Part shown: positions 1 through 11,359 of the stretch, piece by piece
Position numbering within the stretch: position 1 is the first letter of the stretch
Layout of the letters: each line of letters starts with the position of its first letter
Assembly (NCBI RefSeq): GCF_964355755.1
Contig: NC_092671.1
Coordinates: forward strand, 40,558,304 to 40,622,303
DNA: 64,000 nt
From: Antedon mediterranea
Taxonomy: Eukaryota > Animalia > Echinodermata
Direction: 5' to 3'
The notes under the pieces: model-generated
What the model was told of the DNA's origin: nothing
Database searches by the model: none
The model's input: the letters and a program-made list of their open reading frames with translations, nothing else
Program-made: the position numbers and the translations under genes

Positions 1-32
1 AAAGTGCGTCTTATACACCGAAATATACGGTA
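1..32. mobile_element. Right terminus of a Tc1/mariner-pogo-like DNA transposon
   Basis: GTGCGTCTTATACACCGAAATATACGG followed by TA; reverse complement begins CCGTATATTTCGGTGTATAAGACGC, a pogo/Tigger-type TIR with TA target site. The partner end is outside the window. Confidence 0.5.
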
Positions 33-379
33 GGCCTACGTACACGTACCAATTTAACTCAGCACCATTTTTATTCAAGTTTACACAGTGAAATTCTTTG
101 GTTTAATGAAAAATATTTCCAGGAAAAAAATAAAAATCCCCAAAAAGATTGAACTGAACGTGGTCTTGTGCGTTCCGAAAAGCCCGGCCGAAGCACGCGA
201 TTGGTCAGTCCTTTTTTCATATTTATAACCATCATCTCTCAACAATCTCTCGATCTCACGCTCAGCAGTGACTTTGACATCGGACAATCTGTATATTCGA
301 TCGATTTAAACATAGTCAATAGAAGTAAAATGACCAAAAAATCTGCTATAATTGATAATTAATTGCACGATTTTGGAAG

Positions 380-481
380 TGGGGCCTTTGTTTTTCAAGG
401 GGGGTTCGCTGGTAAAAGGGGGGTTCGCGCAAAAGGGGGGATTCGCCCGAACCCCAAAAAAAACCCCTGGCTACGGGCCTG
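380..481 (-). mobile_element. hAT-like non-autonomous element end that truncates the Gypsy pol
   Basis: Minus strand starts CAGGCCCGTAGCCAGGGG with GGGGTTCG/CGAACCCC subterminal motifs; pol similarity stops abruptly here (after KVREELIV). Confidence 0.45.
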
Positions 482-2400
482 ACTATTAATTCCTCCCGTA
501 CTTTATAATATGGCAGTATGTTGCTATCCAACATATCTTTACTTTCTGGCCAACCAGACTCTATGTATTTAATCACTTTCTGTTGGGTTTCATCTTTATC
601 TACCTCAGCCTTAAATTGTCCTAGGGTTATACAACACTCTTCTTCTATCTCTACTAAACATACCGCAGCAATGTCATTGTTCTGTTCCGAGGACCCCCCT
701 TCATATTCCAATGGCAGACGAGATAATCCATCTGCCACAACATTATCAGAGCCTGGTTTGTATTCAACGGTGTAGTTATAATTTAGCAGCCTTGCACCCC
801 ATCTAGCTATACGCATAGGTCTGTGGCCATTCCCACTGGATGCTAACAGTGTTGTCAGTGCTTTGTGATCGGTTCGTAGTATAAAATGTCTACCCCATAG
901 GTACGTATGAAATTTCTCAATTGAGTACACACATGCTAAGGCTTCACGTTTGCCTGTGGAATATTTTCTTTCTGCACATGTTAACTTTCTTGATGTGAAA
1001 GCTATGGTTACTTCCTTTTCTTCGATTAGCTGGGTGAGAACCGCCCCTATTCCATACCCCGACCCATCTGTCGTCACAATTACTTCCCTTTCTGGGTCAA
1101 ACAAGGCAAGGGCTGGACATGTCACAATGCTCTGCTTAATCAATGCAAATGCCCCACTGGCCCTTTCACTCCAGTCAAATTCCTCCCCTAATTGAATATC
1201 CCTTAGTGGCTGTACAAGGGTTGCATAATTCTTGATAAATTTGGAATAGTATCCGGCTAAGCCCAGAAAGGATTTCACCTGCTCTTTATTTTCTGGAACC
1301 GGAGCGCATTTTATTGCTTTAACTAATTCTGGGTTTGGGTGAAGCCCCTCTGAATCTAATACATGGCCCAAAATTTTAACGCTAGTCACTCCAAACTCAC
1401 ATTTGTCATTGAGGCGCATTCCATACTCTTGAAGCCTATTGAGTACTGCCCTTAGAGCTGTATCATGGTCTGATTTAGTCTTGCCAAAAACAAAAATATC
1501 ATCAATAAAGTACCCAATATTGGGAATTCCTTGCAGTATTATTGACATTAATTTTTGAAATGCGGTAGGAGCAGAAGCCAACCCAAAGCACACCTTTTTA
1601 AATCTGTACAAACCCTTGTGGGATACAAACGTTGTAAGGTCCCTACTATTTTCATGTAAATTTAACTGGTGATATGCAGACTTCAAATCTAATTTGCTAA
1701 ACAATTTAGCACCTGACATGGTATCTAATAATTCATCAATTTTTGGTAAAGGGTGTTTTTCAATTACTATGGATTCATTTACTTTTCTCAAATCCACACA
1801 AAGTCGTATTCCACCATTTTTCTTCCAAACAACTACTAATGGAGACACCCAATCGGTTGCCCCCTTAACCCTTTCAATAACTCCTTCCTTCTCCAACCTA
1901 TTCAACTCATTAGTAACTTTGTCCCGAACTGCCAGAGGCAGTCTTCTCAGTGCTTGCTGCACAGGTGGCACTTGGGAATTAACCTTAACTGTATGCTCAA
2001 AACCTTTAATGTGTCCCAGATCAGAACCAAATAGATGGGGAAACTTATTTTTTACCCAACCCATATTGGTATCCTCACCCTCACAGTTCTCAACTTTCAT
2101 TGTCAAACATGACATAGTTGACCCATCAATTGTTAACGCTAGCCTTTGAATTAAATCTTTTCCCAAAATAGAACACCCTTGGTCTACTACTAAAAACTTT
2201 GCTGTAGCCATTTTTGACTTGTACTTAACCAATGCATTAAATTCCCCAACAATTTTAATTGTTTGTCTTGTATAAGTTAACAAATTAACTCCACTTGGGT
2301 ACAGTGCTTCCTGCACAAAATGTCTTTGAAACAGTTTCATACTTAACAGGGATACATCTGACGCTGTATCAACAACAAAAGGTAGGTTCACATTATTCAC
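482..2400 (-). pseudogene. pol: Gypsy pol: aspartic protease, reverse transcriptase and RNase H, truncated before integrase
   Basis: FVVDTASDVS and ILGKD (PR); IRLCVDLRKVN, FSKLDLKSAYHQL, YFIDD (RT); TTDGSGYGIGAVL, YSTGKREALA, TDHKAL, NVVADGLSR (RNase H). The ORF-track tail beyond ~482 is read-through into another element. Confidence 0.92.
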
Positions 2401-3283
2401 ACGAAGTCACTGAAACATTTGTCTTCCTCATGCACTCACCATTAGCTTCTCCATCGAAACACTGCATAACATTTGCATTACCAACTTCCCGACACATGCG
2501 CTGAAAGTGGCCTACTCTGGAACACTGACGGCATACATCAGAATTTGCCAGGTGGCGTTGTGACCCGCATCGAAAACATCGTCTTTTTCCTTCCCCATTA
2601 GGACCATTGTTACGGTAGCTCCTTTTGTTCACCTGTGTTTGTGCACACACTGGCATTGGTACTGCATTGAGTTCATCAGGAATCTTTACCGCTATCCCCT
2701 CTATCGCTTTCCGTTCCTTCTCAGCTGCTTCGACCCTCTCTGCAATCTGAATAGCTTTGGTCAAGGTCAAGTCTTTCTCCATTAATAATCTTTCACGTAC
2801 TCTTGTAGAGTTTGTTTTTTCTACAATCTGATCACGGATCATGTCGTCATGCAACCCAGCAAACTGGCACGTACTTGCTAAGTGTTTAAGAGCTAAAACA
2901 AACGTTTGAACGTTCTCACCTGGTTCATGGGATCGGCTACGAAACTTGTACCTCTCCGCTACCACGTTAATTTTAGGTTCAAAATAGTCACCAAGTAATT
3001 GTAATGCTCTTGTAAATTCATCATTATCATCATCTGCTGCCTGCTGTGCACCTGGTATGGCAGCCGAAGTAGCCCTACTGTTCAAAACAGTGTAATAAAT
3101 CCGTTGAGCTTCAGTACCTAACGACGCTATCAGGATAGCTTTGCGGCGGCCCGCTGACGCTCCCTCCAAGTCAGCAGCCGACAAGTAATTTTGAAATATT
3201 ATTTTCCATGTTTTCCACTGAACAACGGGCGTGCCTGGAGATTCCAGAAATGGGTGTGGTTTACTCACTATATTATAGTTCAT
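2393..3283 (-). CDS. gag: Gypsy Gag (Mag-type)
   Basis: Likely ATG overlaps the PBS (3283); WKTWKIIF, ERYKFRSR, MIRDQIV, RERLL, LTLTKAIQIA motifs; CFRCGSQRH..C and CRQCSRVGHFQRMC knuckles; frameshifted relative to pol. Confidence 0.85.
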   Translation of the reverse strand: MNYNIVSKPHPFLESPGTPVVQWKTWKIIFQNYLSAADLEGASAGRRKAILIASLGTEAQRIYYTVLNSRATSAAIPGAQQAADDDNDEFTRALQLLGDYFEPKINVVAERYKFRSRSHEPGENVQTFVLALKHLASTCQFAGLHDDMIRDQIVEKTNSTRVRERLLMEKDLTLTKAIQIAERVEAAEKERKAIEGIAVKIPDELNAVPMPVCAQTQVNKRSYRNNGPNGEGKRRCFRCGSQRHLANSDVCRQCSRVGHFQRMCREVGNANVMQCFDGEANGECMRKTNVSVTSCE

Positions 3284-3294
3284 CCTCGTCGCCA
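3281..3294 (-). promoter_or_regulatory. Primer-binding site complementary to tRNA-Ser(GCT)
   Basis: TGGCGACGAGGATG, 2 nt inside the LTR end. Confidence 0.8.
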
Positions 3295-3296
3295 AT

Positions 3297-3430
3297 TGTA
3301 GTATCCACACAATTTAAATAAGAGCAAGAAAACACAGTCTTATGAATCAACACTTTATTGTCTACTTTCTTTCTCAACCTCGTGTTTCAACCACCTGCCC
3401 TCAACGCCCACTCTAGTTCCCGTTACCACA
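3297..3430 (-). repeat. Short (134 bp) 5' LTR of the Gypsy element
   Basis: TGTGGTA...TACTACA termini, internal AATAAA, adjacent PBS; Harbinger coding sequence resumes at 3431. Confidence 0.85.
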
Positions 3431-4088
3431 TGATGCGAACTATAAATTTACTTTAGTAGACATTGGAGACAGTGGACGTCAGAGTGATGGTAGTGTATAT
3501 GGATGTAGTTATTTGGGACATGCTATAGAGAATAACTTGCTCAACATTCCAGCTCGAGAGATGCTCCCAAATTCAGACAAAACATTGCCCTATGTGTTTG
3601 TTGGAGACGATGCTTTTGGATTAAAGAAGCATATGATGAAACCCTATCCTTCTTCACATTTAGAAACTGATCAACGAGTGTTTAACTATAGGCTGTCGAG
3701 AGCACGAAGAGTCATCGAAAACACCTTTGGTATAGCTGCAAGCAGATTTCGCATTCTGAGGAGGCCAATTATTGCCAAAGTACGGAAGGTTGTGCTCATA
3801 ACGCAGTCTATTGTCGTTCTTCACAATTTCCTAATGAAACAAAATGCATCAAATGGTAATAAATATTGCCCATTACAATTTGTTGACAATGATGGGCCAA
3901 CAGGGGTAACGCCAGGTGAATGGAGGCAAGATACCGATATTAATTTGCACGGTGGTCTACAATCGATACGTCGGATAGGTTCGAACAATTATTCCAAGGA
4001 TGCTGCTGCCGTCAGAAATGGTTATAAAGATTAATTTTACAATGAAGGCGCTGTACAATGGCAATGGGGATTAGTTAACCGAACTTAA
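3431..4088 (+). pseudogene. PIF/Harbinger DDE transposase (HARBI1-like), C-terminal half
   Basis: In-frame from 3432: DANYKFTLVDIGDSGRQSDGSVY, FVGDDAFGL, MKPYP, FNYRLSRARRVIENTFGI, LHNFL; premature TAA at 4032-4034 followed by FYNEGAVQWQW. N-terminus removed at the Gypsy insertion. Confidence 0.9.
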
Positions 4089-4421
4089 AGAAATACAGTC
4101 GGTTTACAGTATAACGAAATTTAAAAATAAGTAAATGAAAATATTTAATATGAAGGAAATCAATACTGTTACATCAATCCGATTTAATTAAAATGGAAAT
4201 AACGGTTTTTGTAGACGTATACAGTATAATACTTATTTGCACTATATAAATAACACTAAACAAATAATTATTTGTTTTAATTACAGTATACTATCCGATC
4301 CGATTCAATTGAAATGTAAATAACAGTTTTCGTTTACAGTATATAATTATTTGCAAAGACGCATTAAATGTTATTAGTAAATGGTAAAATATTAACAGTG
4401 CTTATGTTAAATATGTCTGTT

Positions 4422-4911
4422 TTACTCCTCGAATTCTATATCAAAAAGCAATTGGCTTATTTTGACCATAGCGAGTCGTTGTCTTCGGCGGTCAAATGCT
4501 GAAACAATTGGGATAAGGCTCCTGAAATATAGAGCGACTTCATCTTCCTGTTGATTCGAACCCGATATCAAAGAATTAATGGCTTCCGATGTCGTTTCCA
4601 GTTGGTTTATTAGCATTTAATCAAGTTCGTTATGTTGCTTTTTCCGTTTTATCGGTACTTGTGGTATCGTCGACACACAGGGATCAATATTCTCTTCATT
4701 AGAAGCATGCCTTGCAGTAGTACCACTACTTGTAGCTTGACAATTGGCTTGTTGGCTGTTTTTTCATGCAGAAATCTCATCTGTTCAAAATACTTGCATT
4801 GCGGTAAAGACGTAGCGGCTGCCCCAGACCGTATAATTGAATTTCTCTTGTTTAGGCACTTCTTTAGTAGTGTGTCTTTCAAGTTTTTGAGTTGTCGCTG
4901 AAGGAATTCAA
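4422..4911 (-). pseudogene. Harbinger accessory protein, 3' exon: end of MADF domain plus BESS motif (frameshifted)
   Basis: Acceptor tttttttag at 4912-4920, then EFLQRQLKNLKDT..SGAAA..KYFEQMRFL; terminal EDEVALYFRSLIPIVSAFDRRRQRLAMVKISQLL resembles BESS; convergent with the transposase. Confidence 0.75.
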
Positions 4912-5487
4912 CTAAAAAAATATAACAAATTATACCGAATTAATACTTTAACTTTAATTTTTGTAGCCCTACACGCGAGTAATTTATCCAAAATTGAAAA
5001 TGGAATGTTCGAATAGGCCTGCCTGCCAGTAGGCTTGCTAGATAGAGTAGCCTAGCTAGCTAGGCTAGTAGATTAGACCTACCTAGGCATGGCATACTAA
5101 TTTAATATTAAGATATAGGGGCCTAGGCCTAGCATAGCTAGCCTAGCAAGTAGTAGGCCTAGTCCCGTCTAACCTAGTCTAGCCTAGTAGGCTCTAGGGG
5201 TATCGGATCATCTCGGTCGCGTTTCATTTCGGTCGCGCTTCCTGTAAATCGAACTTCCGGCGATTTCTATGGAACGCCGCTCAATGCAGTACTGTACACT
5301 GTAAGCTCTAATTAAAGATCGAAGTGTAAGGCGAGCCTTAAAAAAGAAATGAATTTAAAAAAAATAAATAAATTGATAAATAAATAAACATAAATTCACG
5401 GTTTTTGCGATAAAAGTTGGGTGTTAATAATTTATGACCAAGCTTGGTGGGTATTTGCAACACTCTTAATAAACAGGGATTATATTA

Positions 5488-5772
5488 GGGGGTCTCGGGA
5501 AATGTCGAAAAACAGAGACCCCCAATATAATGAGACGTTTTATTGGGGGTCTCTGTTTTCGAGTTTTTCTCGAAAACAGAGACCCCCTATATAACGTAAT
5601 ATTGACTTAATATTGAGACGTTTTAGTGGGGGTCTCTGTTTTCGAGTTTTTCTCGAAAACAGAGACCCCCCCTATATTACGTAATATTGAGACGTTTTAG
5701 TGGGGGTCTCTGTTTTCGAGGTTTTCTCGAAAACAGAGACCCTGGGTCTCGGGTCTCTGTTTTCGAGACACC
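5488..5772. repeat. Cluster of direct and inverted GGGGGTCTCTGTTTTCGAG modules, probably a small DNA-transposon derivative
   Basis: Several palindromic units GGGGTCTCTGTTTTCGAG..CTCGAAAACAGAGACCCC; ends CGAGACACC. Confidence 0.6.
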
Positions 5773-5776
5773 TGTT

Positions 5777-6570
5777 GTTTAGTTTAGTTTAGTTTAGTTT
5801 AGTTATAATGGGAAAGTTTAGGCGATGTGCCTTTTTAAACCCCATATCAACTACATTGTGTCGATGCGATTCTTGAAGGTATTAGCGGTCTCAGAATTGA
5901 CAACGTCGGCTGGTAAACTGTTCCAATGGTTTATTACTCGTTGCGAGAAGGTATGTCTTCTACAGTTCAATCCTTTATGGAAAGTAGGCTTGAAAAATCT
6001 CAGGTGATGCCCTCGAGTAATTCTGCTAATGTTACTTCTCATTTGGAAAAAGTCATCCTTGGCTACACCCTCGAAACCTTTAACAATTTTATATGCTTCA
6101 ATCAGGTCACCTCGAATTCTTCTGTCATACAAGGTTGTTAGGCCAAGAAACTTTAAACGATCTTCATATGAATATGAACGGATACATGGAACTAATTTAG
6201 TCGCACGACGTTGTACTCTTTCAATTACATTTATGTCCTTTTGAAGATACGGATTCCATACTTGAACACAAAATTCGAGATGTGGGCGTACATAATGCTT
6301 GTAGATGACGTTAAAACAATCCTTATCCATATATACGAAAGTCCTTCTGATGCTTCTTAAACAGTTCATGGCCCGCTGAGATACTTTGGCGCAGTGTTGG
6401 CTTGGTTTACAGTCATTAGTAATTAGTACTCCTAGGTCCTTTATTTTCTCAACTGTTTCCAGTTCAACTTCATCTATTTGGTATTTAAAATGAACATTTG
6501 AATGCCCAAAGTGCATCACCATGCATTTGCTTTTATTAAAAGCCAACATCCATTCTTTACTCCACTGCAG
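5777..6570 (-). mobile_element. 5'-truncated CR1-clade LINE (ORF2 C-terminus and tandem-repeat tail)
   Basis: ORF 5851-6549 with KCMVMHFG, KDLGV, VRPHLEFCVQVWNPY, IERVQRRATK, RRIRGDLIE, FSQRVINHWNSLP; (AACTA)n tail at ~5777-5804. Confidence 0.9.
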
Positions 6571-7161
6571 TGCATTGTTTAAAGATTCTTGTAATAATTG
6601 CCCATCATTTCTGTGTTGTGATACCCCTCAAGGTCGTTGTTGGTCCTCGTTGTCAACAGACAATATGGTTTCATTCTAATTCAATAGCACGAGACATAAT
6701 GCGACACGTCAATGCATTATGCTTTAAAAAAATGTTACATTACATACATAATCGTAATAATATCTTTCAGTACAATATAGTGTATAAAAAAGCTCAGTAA
6801 AGTCTCTCACTGATTTTAACCGACACCAAACAAATATTCCCAATTTACTCGTTCATAATTATTAACATATTGGAGTCGTCTTCGTAAGCTACTTGTTGTG
6901 TCCTTAAAATATAGATAAAAATCGTTACAAATGCAAACAGGTTTATAAATTCGAACTGCTACACGTACCGAGTGCTGAAAGAGAGTTAAATCGGACAGTT
7001 AAGTCTCAATCCTACAATAGCATCCATTTTCGTATGCTTTATGCATAATTGACGCGCCATACACCACGATCGATATTGTTGAAAATTGACCTTAATTGAC
7101 ACGCGACCGAAATGAAACGCGACCGAGATGATCGTAATTCGGCTCTAGGCCTAGGTAGGTA

Positions 7162-10100
7162 GGGTAGTAACAAAGTGCGAGGCAGCGAGGCACGCGAGGC
7201 AGGGAAGGCATGCGAGGCAAGTCAGAAATTTATGCGAGGCATCGTTTTACCATCATCAAAAAATGCGAGGCATCATTTTATCATTTCTCAAAATTGCAAG
7301 GCAGGAAATCACCGAAATTGAAGTAGCCTAGGCCTAGGCCCGCTAGGCTAGTTTCCTTTTGCACCTGCCTTGTAATTTAACCAAGGCTTTATCCTGAATA
7401 CCACAGCTTAGAATTAGGCATACTTTAATGAAGAAAAATCACATAAAAGTAACAATAAATCCATTAAATTGGTGATTTTACAGACGTTGTTTTTCTCGCA
7501 TTTCGCACACTCAATGTTCAATATTTTGGTTTCTATGGAACGCCAAAAGAGCAAAATTAATTAGAGGGCTAAAAACTCTGTGGAATCCATTTATATTTAA
7601 CGCATTATTTGGTGAAAATCAAGTACAATTTCAATAGATTTTGTCACTGTCAGTAAGGAAAAATGTTACTGTTGATAATGTACACGGTTTCGTTAACCTT
7701 TTAAAGAATAAAATAGAAAAATTCATCATAATATCCTTAGTAGGATGTCCTAGGTCTAGACTAGGTAGTGATGTTGATTTAGGATCGATTATTATTCTTT
7801 GAAAACAGAACAGTATCAGCAGTAACATATTACAACATTTTTATTGACAAATTAACAAATATATTGAAATAAAACGTGTTTTTCACCAATAAATGCATGA
7901 GAAATTGACGCATTCCACTGAGTTTTAGTCCTCTATTATCGTTGCTCTTTTGGCGCTCCATAGAAACAAAAATATTGAACATTGAATAAGTGAAATTCGC
8001 GAACAGTGTGCGAGAAACACGCCTGTAAAATCATTAATTTAAGGATTTATTTGTTACTTTTTATGTGATTCTTTCATTAAAGTACTCATGAGGTATACTT
8101 CTAAGGTGTGGTATTCACACGATAAAGTTAGTTATCAAATTTGGAGTAAAAATACAAGCGAAGGAAACTAGCGCCAGGTTTATTAGTACGTACATGGACA
8201 ACAATAAATAAAAATCGTTCGTAATATACCTAGCTTACTAAAACAGGAATAGTGTATCATTATTAAATATTACACCAATTATTATTTTATCAAAATTGAT
8301 TAAATTATTTTCTACATAGGCCTTTATCTAGGTTAGGGCTAAGCATATTAGCTAAAGTTTAATTTTAGGCCTAGTATTACAATTGTCGGACGTAAGTCTT
8401 TTTTCACACGCGCTCCAGAATTCTGTCGCAATTTTTTTCTTTGCGGCATGTTATTGGATCGGCATATCAGTTACCTTTTATTCACCGCCAGTTATTGAAC
8501 TTGTCCTGGCAATCGCTGTTCACCTTATTTGCGAGAGAGGTACAGGTGTTGTTCTTAGAGAATGGAATGTCAAAAATACGGTGGCCCACAACTGTCACGC
8601 ACACTATATAAATCATATTCACACAATTAAAGAAGGAATCACACAATTAAAGAAGGAATCACACAATTAAAGAAGAAATCACACAATTAAAGAAGGAATC
8701 ACACCATTAAAGAAGAAATCACACAATTAAAGAAGGAATCGCATATAAACAAAAGAAAGCATGAAAATATAAAAAGAAATGCACAAATAAAGAAGAGCTA
8801 AGCACAATTAAAGAAGTCCGCACAAATTCGAAAGCTCCTCGCACAATTAAAGAAGTTCGCAACAAAATCAAAAGCTCCTCGCACAATTAAAGAAGTCCGC
8901 AACAAATTCCAAAGTACCTCGCACAATTAAAGAAGTCCGCAACAAATTCGAAAGTACCTCGCACAATTAGAGCACAGTAGTCCATATGGAACGCCATCGC
9001 TGCCTCCGGCAGCAGCAAACTTTAATTCTATTCGGCTCTTTTACCATTACGTTCGGCTCTTTTACCATTCGGCGCATTTCTATTCGGCCTTTTTACCATT
9101 ACGTACGGCTCTTTCAGCATTCAGCTCATTTCTATTTGGCCCATTTTTTACCATTACGTTCGGCTCTTTCAGCTTTCGGCTCTTTTTTATTCGGCCAATT
9201 TACCATTACGTTCGGCTCTTTCAGCATTCGGCTCTTTTTTATTCGGCCCATTTAACATTACGTTCGGCTCTTTTTGATTCGGCCCTTTTTTATTCGGCTC
9301 TTTCTGCATTACGTTGGGCTCTTTTTAAATCGGCATTTTTTTATATGGCGCAATTAAAATCTAACCTTTGACATGGGGTCAAATGGAAGAAAATCAACGA
9401 CTGGAAATGAGTCTATGAAAAGTTTACAAACATTTCATCATCATGACGCCAACCATGAGTAGCCAACCGATTAAAGATGTGTTGAATAACCTAAATTAAT
9501 TCATCTTTTAACAAATTTTGAGAGAGAAAGGGTAAATTATTATTATTAAATGTTTGGCTGACACTAGGCGAGGCCTAGCTAGCCTAGGCCATAAATCAAA
9601 CCTTTTCTCTCTCAAAATGGTCAATAAGGTGGGACAATTGCAAGTTCTCTAACTAACACATTAATCATGTCAATAAAATGATTTAGTTATATTGAAATAG
9701 CCTTCAAATTCATTTAATTCAACCAACCAAACACTCTACATGCTGCATCTATATGTTTTGTAAACTTTTCATAGACTCATTTCCAGCCGTTGATTTTCTT
9801 CCATTTGACCCCATGTAAAAGGTTAGAATTTAATTGCGCCGCATAAAAAAGGGCCAAATCAAAAAGAGCCGAACGTAATGCAGAAAGAGCCGAATAAAAA
9901 AGGGCCGAATTAAAAAGAGCCGAATGCTGAAAGAGCCGAACGTAATGGTAAATGGGCCGAATAAAAAAGAGCCGAATGCTGAAAGAGCCGAACGTAATGG
10001 TAAATGGGCCAAATAGAAATGCGCCGAATGCTAAAAGAGCCGAACGTAATGGTAAAAGAGCCGAATAGAATTAAAGTTTCCTGCCGGAGGCAGCAATGGC

Positions 10101-11124
10101 GTTCCATACGGACTACTGTACTTTAATTGTGTGTGAGGTACTTTCGAATTTGTTGCGGACTTCTTTAATTGTGCGAGGAGCTTTCGAATTTGTTGCGGAC
10201 TTCTTTAATTGTGCGAGGGGCTTTCAAATTTGTTGCAGACTTCTTTAATTGTGCGAGGAGCTTTCGAATTTGTTGCGGACTTCTTTAATTGTGCTTAGCT
10301 CTTCTTTAATTGTGCGTTTCTTCTTTATTTGTGCATTTCGTTTTGTATTTTCATGCTTTCTTTTGTTTATATGCGATTTCTTTTTTAATTGTGCGATTTC
10401 TTCTTTAATAGTGTGATTCCTTCTTTAATTGTGTAATTCCTTCTTTAATTGTGTGATTCTGTGTTATAGTGTGCGTAACAGTTGTGGGCCACCGTACAAA
10501 AATGTCTTTGGCACGCCGCTCAGAGAGAAGTCTGTGCGTTGCTGCTGAAACCACGTGCTATAGGAGGGGAATGCACCACAATCCTCTGAGCTGAGGGCTG
10601 AATCATTCCGCTACCTGCTAAATAGTAAAGAGGGATTTTCCATCTCTCGGGTCTACCGGATCTAGGCGCAGGGGTGTGACAAAATATTATTTTCACTCTG
10701 CTATGTTCGAGAGACATGTGAGTGAACACGCTCGAAATGCCAACAAACATTGCAGTCATTTGATGAGTGTGTCGCTATAACAATTATTGTTTATCGAAAG
10801 TTGAAGACTGTCGTTCAGATTTTTGAACCGTAGTTTGGGCACTTTTGTAAAAGTAAAATTTGACACGATATGACTTGAATGAAAAAACAATCGTTACATA
10901 AAAATAAACAACATGATGAGTGTATACACGAATCTATTTAGATACGCTTGTATCGATTGATTATTAGGCCTATAATATAGCATAATAGCACGTTAAGATA
11001 TGCCTCGCACCTTTTTGAAATTGTAAACTATATGCCTCGCACTTTTGGAAATGATAAAATGATGCCTCGCACAAATATTTGGCATGCCTCGCGTGCCTCG
11101 CTGCCTCGCACTTTGTCAACACTC
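7162..11124 (+). mobile_element. Non-autonomous MULE-like element, copy 1 (~2.05 kb plus nested 1.92-kb insertion)
   Basis: Termini GGGTAGTAACAAAGTGCGAGGC...GCCTCGCACTTTGTCAACACTC with GCGAGGCA subrepeats; 9-bp TSD AGGTAGGTA at 7153-7161 and 11125-11133. Confidence 0.88.
8577..10496. mobile_element. Foldback-type non-autonomous DNA transposon, IS3EU-like termini
   Basis: TACGGTGGCCCACAACTGT...ACAGTTGTGGGCCACCGTA; 6-bp TSD CAAAAA (8571-8576, 10497-10502), with the empty site visible in the second MULE copy near 11985; arms about 8577-9430 and 9757-10496 built of tandem subrepeats. Confidence 0.85.
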
Positions 11125-11159
11125 AGGTAGGTAGGCTTCTTATGGAGTTTGTTTTTACC

Positions 11160-11359
11160 TTCTCTATTGAAAATTTCTCCTATTGTTTTCCAGGCGTTAA
11201 CTTTAATTGCACGGTTTTTATACTTTTCAGAGTTAACATCCCACAGACATTTGTGTTTTCTGACTTCTTCTATGAAGAGTTCTTTGTTAAACAGACCTAG
11301 GCTTAGGCCTAAGCTTTCCTCCTCTGCTGGTGTTGGACTGCATGCCTCCTGTGGCTGGG
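11160..11359 (-). pseudogene. Harbinger accessory protein, MADF/Myb-SANT N-terminal exon
   Basis: ELFIEEVRKHKCLWDVNSEKYKNRAIKVNAWKTIGEIFNRE, then donor G|GTAAAA; phase-1 join to 4911 gives E-V-E-F-L in frame. Confidence 0.8.

Larger units (their letters stand above)
482..3430 (-). mobile_element. Ty3/Gypsy (Mag-like) LTR retrotransposon, 3'-truncated (no integrase or 3' LTR)
   Basis: 5' LTR 3297-3430, tRNA-Ser PBS, gag with CCHC knuckles, and PR-RT-RNaseH order; inserted in the Harbinger transposase ORF. Confidence 0.92.
5199..7140. mobile_element. Non-autonomous MULE-like DNA transposon with nested insertions
   Basis: TIR core GATCATCTCGGTCGCGTTTCATTTCGGTCGCG inverted at both ends; 9-bp TSD GGCTCTAGG at 5190-5198 and 7141-7149. 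Confidence 0.8.

Noticed and set aside
518-2504. Plus-strand ORFs opposite pol, and minus-strand ORFs opposite CR1 ORF2
   Set aside because: Antisense shadows of real TE coding sequence, with no motifs of their own.
8620-9350. Short-repeat arrays resembling CRISPR or iterons
   Set aside because: They are subrepeats within the inverted arms of the foldback element, mirrored at 9830-10460.
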